This document shows positions 18,990 through 28,000 of a stretch of DNA of 35,717 nucleotides, piece after piece. Origin of the DNA: Candidatus Eiseniibacteriota bacterium (GTDB lineage Bacteria; Eisenbacteria; RBG-16-71-46; DASYSL01). The stretch's first letter is position 1. The number at the start of each line of letters is the position of its first letter. A model generated the notes under the pieces. The model saw nothing but the letters and a program-made list of their open reading frames with translations. It searched no databases and was not told the origin of the DNA. The stretch covers positions 1 through 35,717 of the forward strand of contig JBKJJJ010000196.1 in the NCBI GenBank assembly GCA_046598045.1, read 5' to 3'. Position numbers and translations under genes: made by a program.

Positions 18990-19221
18990 AGGCGTCTCCC
19001 ACTCTGGCTCGCTTGGCGATCTCGGCTCGGAGGCGGACGCGCACGCGCGACTGTCCTCCTGGCAGGTAGACGTCGCCGACATCGAGGCCCACGAGCTCAG
19101 CCAGGCGGAGGCCGGTGCCGAGGGCGAGGGAGATGAGGAGAGCTTCGCGGGGGCGATCCTGGAAGGTCTCGAGGAGCGCTAGCTGGTCGGAACGAGTGAG
19201 CGTGCTTGGACTAAGTCTCAT
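18990..19221 (-). pseudogene. 5' fragment of minimal tyrosine recombinase
   Basis: MRLSPSTLTRSDQLALL...TGLRLAELVGLDVGDV...AEIAKRARVGD, after which homology stops. Confidence 0.9.
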
Positions 19222-19286
19222 GACCAGAGTCAGCCCGAGCCCGTCTGGCCGATCAAGCCTGCACAGTCACGCCCCTGAAGCTGCCC

Positions 19287-19805
19287 TCAGTGCTCTGGCT
19301 CGAGCTGCGAATTCAGCGGGTCCCCGGAAAGCAGCCTTCGGGCGACATCGGCGGGGCGCTCGTATTCAAGTGGGCCGACCAGGTCGCGGCCCAGTTCGAG
19401 ACTGAGCTGGCGCGGATCAAGTTCGCCTACATCCTCGCGCCGACAATCGATGTGGAAGATGAACTCGTTCATCGTCCCGAGCACGCTTCGGCTCTGCGTC
19501 TGGGCCAACACGATCGGGCTCATCGCAGATCGTTCCTGAGCTACCGCGCGCGCACCGACTCCGATGTCGAGGAGGACTTGTGCTGCAGCATCCGGAATGC
19601 GACGCAGCAGCGTCGAGAGTTCTCGGGCGGGGAGGACGACCGACAACCGCGACCGTTCGTTCACGAGCAGGATCAAGTGGGCCGGGCGCATCAGGTGAAT
19701 CGTCGCGTACCAGTCGCCGAGGACGGTCGTCGACTCGATGCCGGGCGCAGCGGGACCCGCATGGAGTCGGGTGAGGAGCTTCTTCGTGCAGCGGAGGACG
19801 AGCAT
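19287..19805 (-). CDS. DUF6933-like protein
   Basis: MLVLRCTKKLL...TTVLGDWYA...LLVNERSRLSVVLPA...SRSVLGTMNEF. Confidence 0.75.
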   Translation of the reverse strand: MLVLRCTKKLLTRLHAGPAAPGIESTTVLGDWYATIHLMRPAHLILLVNERSRLSVVLPARELSTLLRRIPDAAAQVLLDIGVGARAVAQERSAMSPIVLAQTQSRSVLGTMNEFIFHIDCRREDVGELDPRQLSLELGRDLVGPLEYERPADVARRLLSGDPLNSQLEPEH

Positions 19806-19827
19806 CGGGCTCTCGCGGTAGGATTCG

Positions 19828-20064
19828 CTACTTGGGAGACAAGAATGTGTGCGCGGCGACCGCGATACCGGCTACCAGCAGCGCCGCAGCGACCAGCCCC
19901 GCGCCGATGATCAGGACGCACCCACCTCCGGACGCAAGGCGTCCAAGCTTTCGCTCCCGCCCCGACTTGGTCAACGGAATCCCGATCATGCGCGCGAGCC
20001 GTCCCTTCGCCGCGGAGAGGTCCAGGGCTCGCTTCCAAGAGAACGAAAAGCCGAACTTGCCCAT
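19828..20064 (-). CDS. Small basic membrane-anchored conserved hypothetical protein
   Basis: GFSFSWKRALDLSAAKGRLARMIGIPLTKSGRERKLGR followed by a hydrophobic C-terminal helix. Confidence 0.65.
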   Translation of the reverse strand: MGKFGFSFSWKRALDLSAAKGRLARMIGIPLTKSGRERKLGRLASGGGCVLIIGAGLVAAALLVAGIAVAAHTFLSPK

Positions 20065-20186
20065 CTTGCGACCCGCCTCCCGGAAGCTCGTTGATCCCTG
20101 GGGCGCGCACGCGCCGCCGGGTCCGCGATGATGGCGCTGGCATCGAGAATTGTCTATCCTGATCGCCCCATGAAAGGAACTGCGCC

Positions 20187-21857
20187 GTGGCGAAGAAGTT
20201 CTTCTACGTCTGTGCTGGTCTGTTCCTCCTCGCCCTGACCGATCACTTGGGAGCCCGGAGCGCGACGGCGCGAGCAGGAGTGCCGGACGTACCGCCGCGG
20301 TACAGCCTTGCCGTGGACCTCTTCCCGAACGACCGCCGTCTCGAGGTCTCGGGCACGGTGCGACTGGCTGCCGCCGACACGGCCCGCCCGGATGTCGTGT
20401 TGTCGCTCAGTGAGCGAATGGGGGAAGTGCGCGTCGAGATCGTGGAGCCGTCTTCCATCGCCGGCGTGGCGAACCTGGAGCGAATGGAGGGCGGCGGGAC
20501 GAACGTGAAGTGGATCGTCCGACCCCCGAAGCCGTTTCCGCCGAGAGCGCCGATCCTCCTCCGCTTCTCGTATTCCGGGGGCGGAGAGATTGCGACCATG
20601 TACTACGTGGGACCGGACATCGCCTTCGCCTCCGCCTGGGGAACCAACTGGTACCCCTTGGTGAATGGCGCCTTCGACGAAGGTGTCGGGACGCTCACTG
20701 TCTCGGCGCCACTGGGGTGGTCAGTCGCGACGGGCGGCGTGCGTCGCGGCACCGCGCGTGAGGAAGCAAGAGGAACGTTCCGGTCCAGCGTTCTCCACCC
20801 GACGTACTTCTCCTTCGCCGCCGGCAGGTACACCGTCGTGCGACACGCAGGCGCGGTACCGCTGTCGGCTTATCTGCTGACGAAGCGGGATCACATCGGA
20901 CCGTACCTCGAGGGCGTTGGCGGCATTCTGCACACACTCACGGGGGAGTTCGGCTCCTTCCCGTTCTCCGCACTGTCGCTGGTGGAGGTGCCTAGAGACC
21001 TGGCCACCCGCGCGGGGTTCAACGCGGTAGGTGCCGCCGGGATGCTCATGCTGAACAGCCGCGCTTTCGATGCGCCCGATACGAAGTACCTATTGGAGTG
21101 GCTGGGCCATGAGCTGAGCCATCAGTGGTTTCCGCACGCTGTGGCGCTGCGCACGCCGCCGGGCCTGTACATGGAGGAGGCGCTGGCGGAGTACGGTGGC
21201 CTGCGGGTGGTCGAGACGATCGCGGGGCCCGCGGCCGCGAAGCAGTTCCGCACGACCGGCTTCGAGTACGATCCGATCTACAGCGCGCTGACGTACTTCA
21301 GGCTCGTGGGCGCCGGCGTCGATCGGCCACTCGACGATCTCCAGCCCTCGCTGGAGGACCGGAATCTCGCCTACAACAAGGGCTTCCTGGTCTTCGACAT
21401 GCTCTCGCGGGAACTGGGGCGTACCGAGTTCCAGCGCATCCTCCACGACATTACGCGGCGGTATCGCTTTCAGCACATCACGTGGCACGAGTTTCTCGAC
21501 GCCATCGAGCGCGAATCGGGGCGGAAGCTCGACTGGTTCTTCGACCAGTGGTTTCGGCGCGCCGGGGCCGCGGACTTCCAGTTGTCCTGGAGTCAGGAGG
21601 GTGACACGCTGCACGGGGTCATCGCACAGGCGGAGCCATACTATCGGGCGCGGCTCAACGTCGATGTCCGAGGCAGGGGCGGAAGCCATATGATGCGTAT
21701 CTTCGAGACGACGGGGCCACGTATCGAGTTCGCGCTGCCGGTTGTCTTCCCTGTGCAATCGGTGATCTTGGATCCGGACTATGAGGTGCTGCGTTGGACT
21801 CCGGAGTATCGCGCCGCAGCCGACAGCACGCCTTCGAAGGAGGGTCGCGGTCGATGA
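20187..21857 (+). CDS. Exported M1-family (gluzincin) metallopeptidase
   Basis: HELSH-x18-E (YMEEALAEY), YNKG motif, LDWFFDQW; signal peptide. Confidence 0.9.
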   Translation: MAKKFFYVCAGLFLLALTDHLGARSATARAGVPDVPPRYSLAVDLFPNDRRLEVSGTVRLAAADTARPDVVLSLSERMGEVRVEIVEPSSIAGVANLERMEGGGTNVKWIVRPPKPFPPRAPILLRFSYSGGGEIATMYYVGPDIAFASAWGTNWYPLVNGAFDEGVGTLTVSAPLGWSVATGGVRRGTAREEARGTFRSSVLHPTYFSFAAGRYTVVRHAGAVPLSAYLLTKRDHIGPYLEGVGGILHTLTGEFGSFPFSALSLVEVPRDLATRAGFNAVGAAGMLMLNSRAFDAPDTKYLLEWLGHELSHQWFPHAVALRTPPGLYMEEALAEYGGLRVVETIAGPAAAKQFRTTGFEYDPIYSALTYFRLVGAGVDRPLDDLQPSLEDRNLAYNKGFLVFDMLSRELGRTEFQRILHDITRRYRFQHITWHEFLDAIERESGRKLDWFFDQWFRRAGAADFQLSWSQEGDTLHGVIAQAEPYYRARLNVDVRGRGGSHMMRIFETTGPRIEFALPVVFPVQSVILDPDYEVLRWTPEYRAAADSTPSKEGRGR

Positions 21858-21958
21858 TCTACGTGTCGGACGCGGGCAACAACCGCATCCAGACGTTCAG
21901 CCCGGCAACGCCCGCGAAGTCCACGAGCTGGGGGCGCCTCAAGAACAACTACCGTTGA
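21854..21958 (+). pseudogene. 3' stub of NHL-repeat gene
   Basis: IYVSDAGNNRIQTFSPATPAKSTSWGRLKNNYR*, closely matching the end of 34237..35220. Confidence 0.88.
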
Positions 21959-22244
21959 TCTGACCCAAGGGAATGCACAAGGGCCGGCCCTTCGCCGAGT
22001 CCGCCCTCGATGTTCGAGCCCCGATATGGAGCCTCCGGGAATCCCGGAGCGGTTCAATCCATGGCCTGCTTGAGCGCCTTGGGGGCTTGTGAGACTGTAT
22101 GCAGGCTGGTGGGAGGACAATGCGGAGGCTGTGCCGGTTTCTGAGCGGGAACTTCTCGATAACCGTTCACCGACCGGCACAGGAAAACGACCTAACTCCC
22201 GACCGTATGAACACTGGCCCAAAGCGTGCTTAGGCGCGTTCCGG

Positions 22245-22285
22245 GATTTCCAGTCGTGCTCCTTCAACCACTCGGACATCTCTCC
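22245..22285 (-). pseudogene. 5' half of tRNA-Ser(GGA), truncated just after the anticodon loop (att scar)
   Basis: Minus strand reads GGAGAGATGTCCGAGTGGTTGAAGGAGCACGACTGGAAATC, then non-tRNA sequence; no variable arm, T arm or 3' acceptor strand. Confidence 0.88.
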
Positions 22286-22352
22286 TCAGATCGGGCCGCA
22301 GCATCGTCCTTCGGGCACCCATCGCGCAAACCCGCCCTCGCGAGGTTGTCAC

Positions 22353-23729
22353 ATGAAGCCTTTCGCCTGTCTCTGCAGTCTGGTCGCACTCCTTGGCATT
22401 CCAGGCACCGCCTCGGCGAATTGGACGATCACCACGTTCGATCCGACCATGGGCTCGGGCTTCAGCACGTCCGAGCAAATCGCGTCCCACCCCCTTCTCA
22501 TCGACGACATCATCGGCGTTCCCCACGTCGCCTACTGGACGCCCGGCCAGGGGTTTCGTTATTACGACGGCAATTCGGTGCAGGCTGCCCAGGCCAAAGC
22601 CGCGGTGACGCCCCGTGAGATCCAATTGCTCAGGGTCGGCGCCGCCGCGCTCGCGCTCGCCGGGGGCAACGAGCCTTGGATCGCCGAAGTCGTCCTCGAT
22701 TCGAACGACCAGGGACGCGGCTCGCTCGCCGTCGTCCATCGCGCTGCCGGCGTGTGGTCGAGTGATTCGATCGGAGTCGCGAACGGTCCCCCGTCGCTCG
22801 GGTTCGATCGCGCGGGCGGCGTCGCGCACGTGTTCTACTCGACGCAGGCCGGGCCGGTGTACGCGTGGCACGACGTCGGCGGCTGGCATTCGGAGGCGTT
22901 CGACTCGGCATCGTCCTACGGCACGATGCGGCTCGACCGCACCGGCCAGCCCACGCTCGCCTACGTGATGATCCCTTCGCGCCGTCTCTACTACGCGACG
23001 CGCTCGGGCGGCGCATGGCACAGCCAGCTCGTCGACGGCTCGGGCATCGCATCGGGACCGGCGCTCGCATTCACCGGCACCGGGCACCCGCGCATCGTCT
23101 ACGGGGACGCCTCGGGCGGCACCGGAGTCCAGTCATTGCGCTACGCCGAGGAAGCGGTCGGCGCATGGACGACACAACCGATCGCGCCGGCCGGCAACGC
23201 CACGTTCGAGTACTCGCTTGCGCTCCTCGGAGACGCGCCATTCGTCGCATACCACACGAGCGATACCGACCTGCTGAACATGGCAACACGCAACGGCGGA
23301 ACCTGGACGACCGAGAACGTCGATCCGCTCATCGGCGCCGGCCAGAATCCCTCGATCCAGATCGACGGCGGAAACGAACCGGTCATCGCCTACAAGTCGT
23401 CCTATTCGACGGGAACGCGTTACGCGACCGGAAGCCCGGTCGTCGGTGTTTCCGAACTTGCGGGCGTGCGCGGAGTGCGCTTGAGCGGCGCAAGCCCGCT
23501 CAGGCGAGGAACGTCGGTGGCGCTGACGGCGACGGTGGCGGCCGGGGGAAGCGCGCGCCTCGAGGCGTTCGACGCGGCCGGCCGGACGGTCGGCGCGGCG
23601 CAGTGGCTCGATCTCGTGCCCGGGGCGAACCGGATCGAGTGGGTCGCGCCCGCGCGCGTCGGCCTGACGTTCCTGCGCCTGACGACGCCTGCCGGAGCGA
23701 GCGCGACGACGCGCGTCGTCGTATTCTAG
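22353..23729 (+). CDS. Exported beta-propeller-like protein with C-terminal sorting domain
   Basis: GAGG RBS, signal peptide, repeated P.IAY...L.YA....W motifs; tail LEAFDAAGRTV...FLRL...TRVVVF. Confidence 0.75.
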   Translation: MKPFACLCSLVALLGIPGTASANWTITTFDPTMGSGFSTSEQIASHPLLIDDIIGVPHVAYWTPGQGFRYYDGNSVQAAQAKAAVTPREIQLLRVGAAALALAGGNEPWIAEVVLDSNDQGRGSLAVVHRAAGVWSSDSIGVANGPPSLGFDRAGGVAHVFYSTQAGPVYAWHDVGGWHSEAFDSASSYGTMRLDRTGQPTLAYVMIPSRRLYYATRSGGAWHSQLVDGSGIASGPALAFTGTGHPRIVYGDASGGTGVQSLRYAEEAVGAWTTQPIAPAGNATFEYSLALLGDAPFVAYHTSDTDLLNMATRNGGTWTTENVDPLIGAGQNPSIQIDGGNEPVIAYKSSYSTGTRYATGSPVVGVSELAGVRGVRLSGASPLRRGTSVALTATVAAGGSARLEAFDAAGRTVGAAQWLDLVPGANRIEWVAPARVGLTFLRLTTPAGASATTRVVVF

Positions 23730-23841
23730 GCGTTCCGGGCCTGAGTGCTTTCCGCCGAAGGTCTTCGCCTCGCGGCCTAATCATGCAGTCGCAAGATCCG
23801 ACCCTGGCGCTGGACGCGCGTTGCGCTGCACTAAGTTACGC

Positions 23842-23891
23842 GGTTCGCACACTGACCAACGCGCTGAGCCAAATGTGGCTGTGTGCGGTCC
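23842..23891 (+). repeat. attP-like dyad, repeat copy 4
   Basis: GTTCGCACACTGACCAACGCGCT-GA(23866)-GCCAAATGTGGCTGTGTGCGGTC; 18/18 spacing. Confidence 0.85.
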
Positions 23892-23893
23892 AT

Positions 23894-23926
23894 GCCTCCC
23901 TTGCCTTCGGGCGGGGGAGGTTTCTT
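23894..23926 (+). terminator. Leader terminator hairpin (copy 4)
   Basis: GCCTCCCTTGCC-TTCG-GGCGGGGGAGGT-TTCTT. Confidence 0.7.
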
Positions 23927-24007
23927 GCGTTCGAGGCGAGTGTCAACCGGGCCCGCCCGCCCGGAATCGAGAAGGCCCGGGCAACTCAGGCAGCTGAAGC
24001 TAACCGT

Positions 24008-24682
24008 CTACGGAATCGGGGCGAGCTCGGTCGCTCGCAGCTCGGCGACCGTCGTCGCGCTCAACCCGCGCGCGGTCATGGCCGGGAGGATTCGTTCGAG
24101 CGCATGAAACGTCTGGAGTCGCGAGAGGAACGGCACGAGGCTGGCGTCGTGGAGAATGAGGATCGAGCCTGGGGCGATCCGCTTCGTCACGCAGGCCACG
24201 ATGTGGTCGACTCCCGGGTCGTGCGCGTCTTCGGGATAAACGTCTCCCAGCACGGGCGTGAACCCGGCCGCGCGGAGGCGCCGCGCCTGGCGGGGCAGAA
24301 GTACGCCGAACGGCGGGCGGTAATGGACGGGCCACGGCGCGCCTGCCCGGGCGATGGCTCGCGAGCCGCGGTCGAGCTGTGCAAGCAGCGCCTTCGCGGG
24401 CAGGATGACGGGCGACCAGTGGCCGTCGCCGTGGATGCCGACCTCGTGACCCTCGGCGTGCATGCGCCGCACGAGATCGGGGCGACGCCGGACGTTCTCT
24501 CCGAGCACGAAGAAGGTGGCCCGCGCACCGGCGCGCGCCAGCAGGTCGAGGATCCGCGGCGTCGCGGTCGGGCCTGGACCGTCGTCAAACGTGAGGGCGA
24601 ATCGATCGCTCGTGCCGTCGATGCGGCAGAGCAGGTGCCCACGCGCCCAGGTCGAGAACTGCCGGGTGTGGAGGAGGCTCAT
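24008..24682 (-). CDS. Polysaccharide deacetylase (NodB/CE4)
   Basis: LTFDDGP, GIHGDGH, YRPPFG, ILILHD motifs. Confidence 0.92.
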   Translation of the reverse strand: MSLLHTRQFSTWARGHLLCRIDGTSDRFALTFDDGPGPTATPRILDLLARAGARATFFVLGENVRRRPDLVRRMHAEGHEVGIHGDGHWSPVILPAKALLAQLDRGSRAIARAGAPWPVHYRPPFGVLLPRQARRLRAAGFTPVLGDVYPEDAHDPGVDHIVACVTKRIAPGSILILHDASLVPFLSRLQTFHALERILPAMTARGLSATTVAELRATELAPIP

Positions 24683-24754
24683 CGGGCGGATTCCTTCCCG
24701 GCGTCGAGACGCCTGCATCGCTTACGACCGTTCGCACGCGAAGTTGCAGCAGTA

Positions 24755-25010
24755 GACCCATTCGTCTGAGTGTCCGAGATCGGCTATGTGACCGAACCTC
24801 CTTCACCTGTCGGTGGAGGGGGCGCTTCCATTCTGGGTTGAGAAGGGACTCGAACTCGCGCTGGAAGTCGGCGAGCAGTCTCTCCACCCCGTCGAGATCG
24901 AGCGCGGGCGGTGCGAGGCGTTCGCCATGCTGCGCGAGCACCACTTGGCGCTCCTACTGGGCCTCGATCTGGCGCTCAAGACCCTCGACCCGGGTCGCGC
25001 CGAGGAGTAG
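24755..25010 (-). pseudogene. Large serine recombinase 3' remnant
   Basis: GLERQIEAQ*ERQVVLAQ...LDLDGVERLLADFQREFES...KRPLHRQVKEVR; paralogous to 35389-35665 and resembling an LSR coiled-coil/C-terminal region; has an internal stop and a deletion. Confidence 0.6.
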
Positions 25011-25086
25011 TTTGGTCGCACACTCATTTGGCACCCTCTATGGATGGACGCTGCCTCAATTTGACTTACCGTCAGGAGGAAAGTGC

Positions 25087-28000
25087 GTGATCGTGGAGAC
25101 GCCCGCCCGAAAAACGAGCCCGACTTACTTCCTCGCCGGGATGCTGCTCGCAGGCATGATCTGCTTGTCCTCGATCGTGAGTGCCGCGCCTTCAGACTCG
25201 GGGGTTCAACTTCTACAGGCAGACTCTCGCGGGGTGACCTTCGAGGTCACCACGGGCGAACCTGTCCTGACGAACGCCCCCGGTACCCCTGAAACGACTG
25301 CGCTCTGGCTCTCTGCATGTTCCTCGGCGGGCGACGAGGGCGATGCCCAACTTCCTACGCGCACGGTGTGGATCGGTGTTCCGGAGGGAGTTGCCGTCAC
25401 GGTGTCCGCCTCCTCCATCCAGGAGCGCCGGTTCGAGGGCTTCGGTCTCGCTTCGCGTGTGGCGTCAACCGGGTTCGATGTGCCTCTTGCCCGCGTGAGC
25501 ACAGTGACCGGACTACGCGCCCAGCGCGTTGCGGCGATTGAGGTGCGACCGGCGCGGTACGATGCAACCGCGCGGCGATTGGTCGTTGCCACGAAGATCG
25601 ACGTCCATGTGGAATTCGTCGGGCAAGCGATCTCGAGGCCGATGCCGGTCCAAGAGCCCGCATTCGAGGGGATCTACAGAGAATTGCTCATCAACTACGA
25701 GAGCGCCCGCAGGTTCCGCCGACCGCTGGGCGACTTGGGTTCCAGAAGAGTTGGTCCTGCTCGCATGAACGGGGTCTCAGGCTCTTCAATGAATGGACCA
25801 ATCGGGTTCGACGTGGCATCGACGTGGATCAGGGTCCGCGTCGACCGAAAGGGCATCCAGGAAATCGCGGGCTCGGACCTGGAGGCGGCGGGGATTTCCC
25901 TGGCCGGAATCGATCCCGCCGCGATTCGTCTGTTCACTCGGCCAGGAGTGCCCCTGCTCGACGAAGGATCGGCCTGCGACAGCTGCGGGCTGTCCGAGGT
26001 GGCGACTCGCGTCGAGGACGGTGGCGACGGCCACTTCGATCCAAGCGATCGGGTCCTGTTCTTCGGCCTCGGAGCGTCCGGCTGGCGCGATGAATTCCCG
26101 GGGGCCGGGAGCGCTCCGCGCGAGTGGCTCGACCATCCGTACGAGACGACAAATGTGTACTGGCTCACGTGGAACGGGCAGGGCCTGAGTACGCCACTGC
26201 GCTGGGGCACACGCGATGTCACGCCGCAGTTGCCGGGCGCCTGGCTTGCCCCGCACTACCCGGCGCGCCTCCACTTCGAGCAGAACGACCAGTACGTGAA
26301 TGACCTGTTCGAACCGGGCCTCATCTGGGACCAGTGGATCTGGAAACTCGTGAGTAGTTTCCAGGGGAGCTTCACCGCGTCAGGCGATGCCTCGGGCGTG
26401 GTTGCCGACCAGCCGGCGCGACTGCGCGCACGATTCTGGGGAAGGCTTGCGGATTCGGGCGGCCATCAGGTCGCACTCACCATCAACGGGACGACGCTGT
26501 CCCCCCTCGCATGGAGCGGAAGTGTACACAAGGACATCGATACCACGGGCACGTGGCTTGCGGATGGCTCCAATCAGCTCACCATGAGAGTGCTCGGCAG
26601 TTCTTCGCAGCAACCATTCGGCGATCGAGCTGCATTCCTGTTCTGGGAAATCGAATTTCCCCGGCGTTTCATGGCCGTGGACGACTCCCTCGAATTCGCC
26701 AGCCCCGATACGACGGGTCCCATCGCCTACTCTCTGGCGCCTTTCAGCGATGCCTCGCTCGACTCGTTCCTGCTCCTCGATGTGAGTGATCCGCTCCGCC
26801 CGAGTGCATTGAGCGGCTGGACTTCCGCGGACACGACGAGTGGCAAGGCGATTCATTTTCATGATGTGGGCGCCTCGAAGTTCTACTTTGCCGCGTGCGC
26901 GCGCCGGCGCCAGCATCCGCAACTCGAGCGCGCGGACGTGCGGAGCATTCGGACTGGCGGCGCAGACTACATTGTCATCTGCTCGGATGAATTCGAGCCG
27001 CAGGCCCAGCGTCTCGCAGACCATCGACGCGCACTCGCTCCGCCCTTTGCCGGTGCCACGACGGCCGTGGTCCGCATGTCGGACATCCTGGCCTGGTACG
27101 CGGGGGGCCGCATGGACCCCGCCGCGGTTCGCAATTTCCTGCGAGACGCGCTCAGCGGCGGTGGCTGGTCTCCGGCCCCCTCCTATGTCTGCCTGCTGGG
27201 TGACGCCACCTACGATTACAAGAACGTGTATCACCTCGGTGATCCCGATCTTGCCCGCAAACAGGTCCCGACGTTTGGCCATGTAGTCGACGCCGGCGTC
27301 TACTCGAGCGACGACTGGCTGGTCGATCTCGATCCGGACTCGACCGCGTTGCCAGGTCGGATCGGCGCTCCGGACATGATCGTCGGGCGACTGCCTGCCG
27401 CAAACGCCACCGAGGCGGACGCGATGGTGCAAAAGGTCATCGCTTACGGCGAGAATCCGGAATTGGGGACGTGGCGCAACCGCATGCTTTTCGTGGTCGA
27501 TGATCTGCAGCAGGGGAACGTGCCGGACCCCATCGGCGGAGGTCACATCCAGCAGGCGGATTCGCTGGAGCGTGGTTACCTGCCCGGCTGGCTCGATCGC
27601 GAAAAGGTCAGCCTCATTGAGTATCCCTTTACGCAGGGGATCGAAAAGGGTGGGGCTCGCCAGGACGTGATCAGTCGCCTCAATGAGGGCGTCGTGTTCT
27701 GGCACTACATCGGGCACGGCAATCCGTTCAAGCTCGCCGACGAGAGCGCCTTCGTGCTCAACGATGTCGCGACCATGGCCAACGGCGCCAGGCTGCCGTT
27801 CTTCTTCGCGGCGGCAAGCGCTGTCGGGCCGTTCGACACTCCTGGGTTCAACTCGCTCGCGGAAGCCCTCGTCAAGCGACCCGATGGCGGCGCCATCGCG
27901 ACCCTGGCGGGCACGGTGACGACGTTCTCCTTCTCCAATTTCGAACTGGGCCGCGCCCTGTATCCGTACCTGCTGGAACCGCCGGAGGATGGAGGAGCCC

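Larger units (their letters stand above)
16206..23865. mobile_element. att-delimited cassette 3 (~7.7 kb)
   Basis: Between att copies 3 and 4. Confidence 0.7.
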
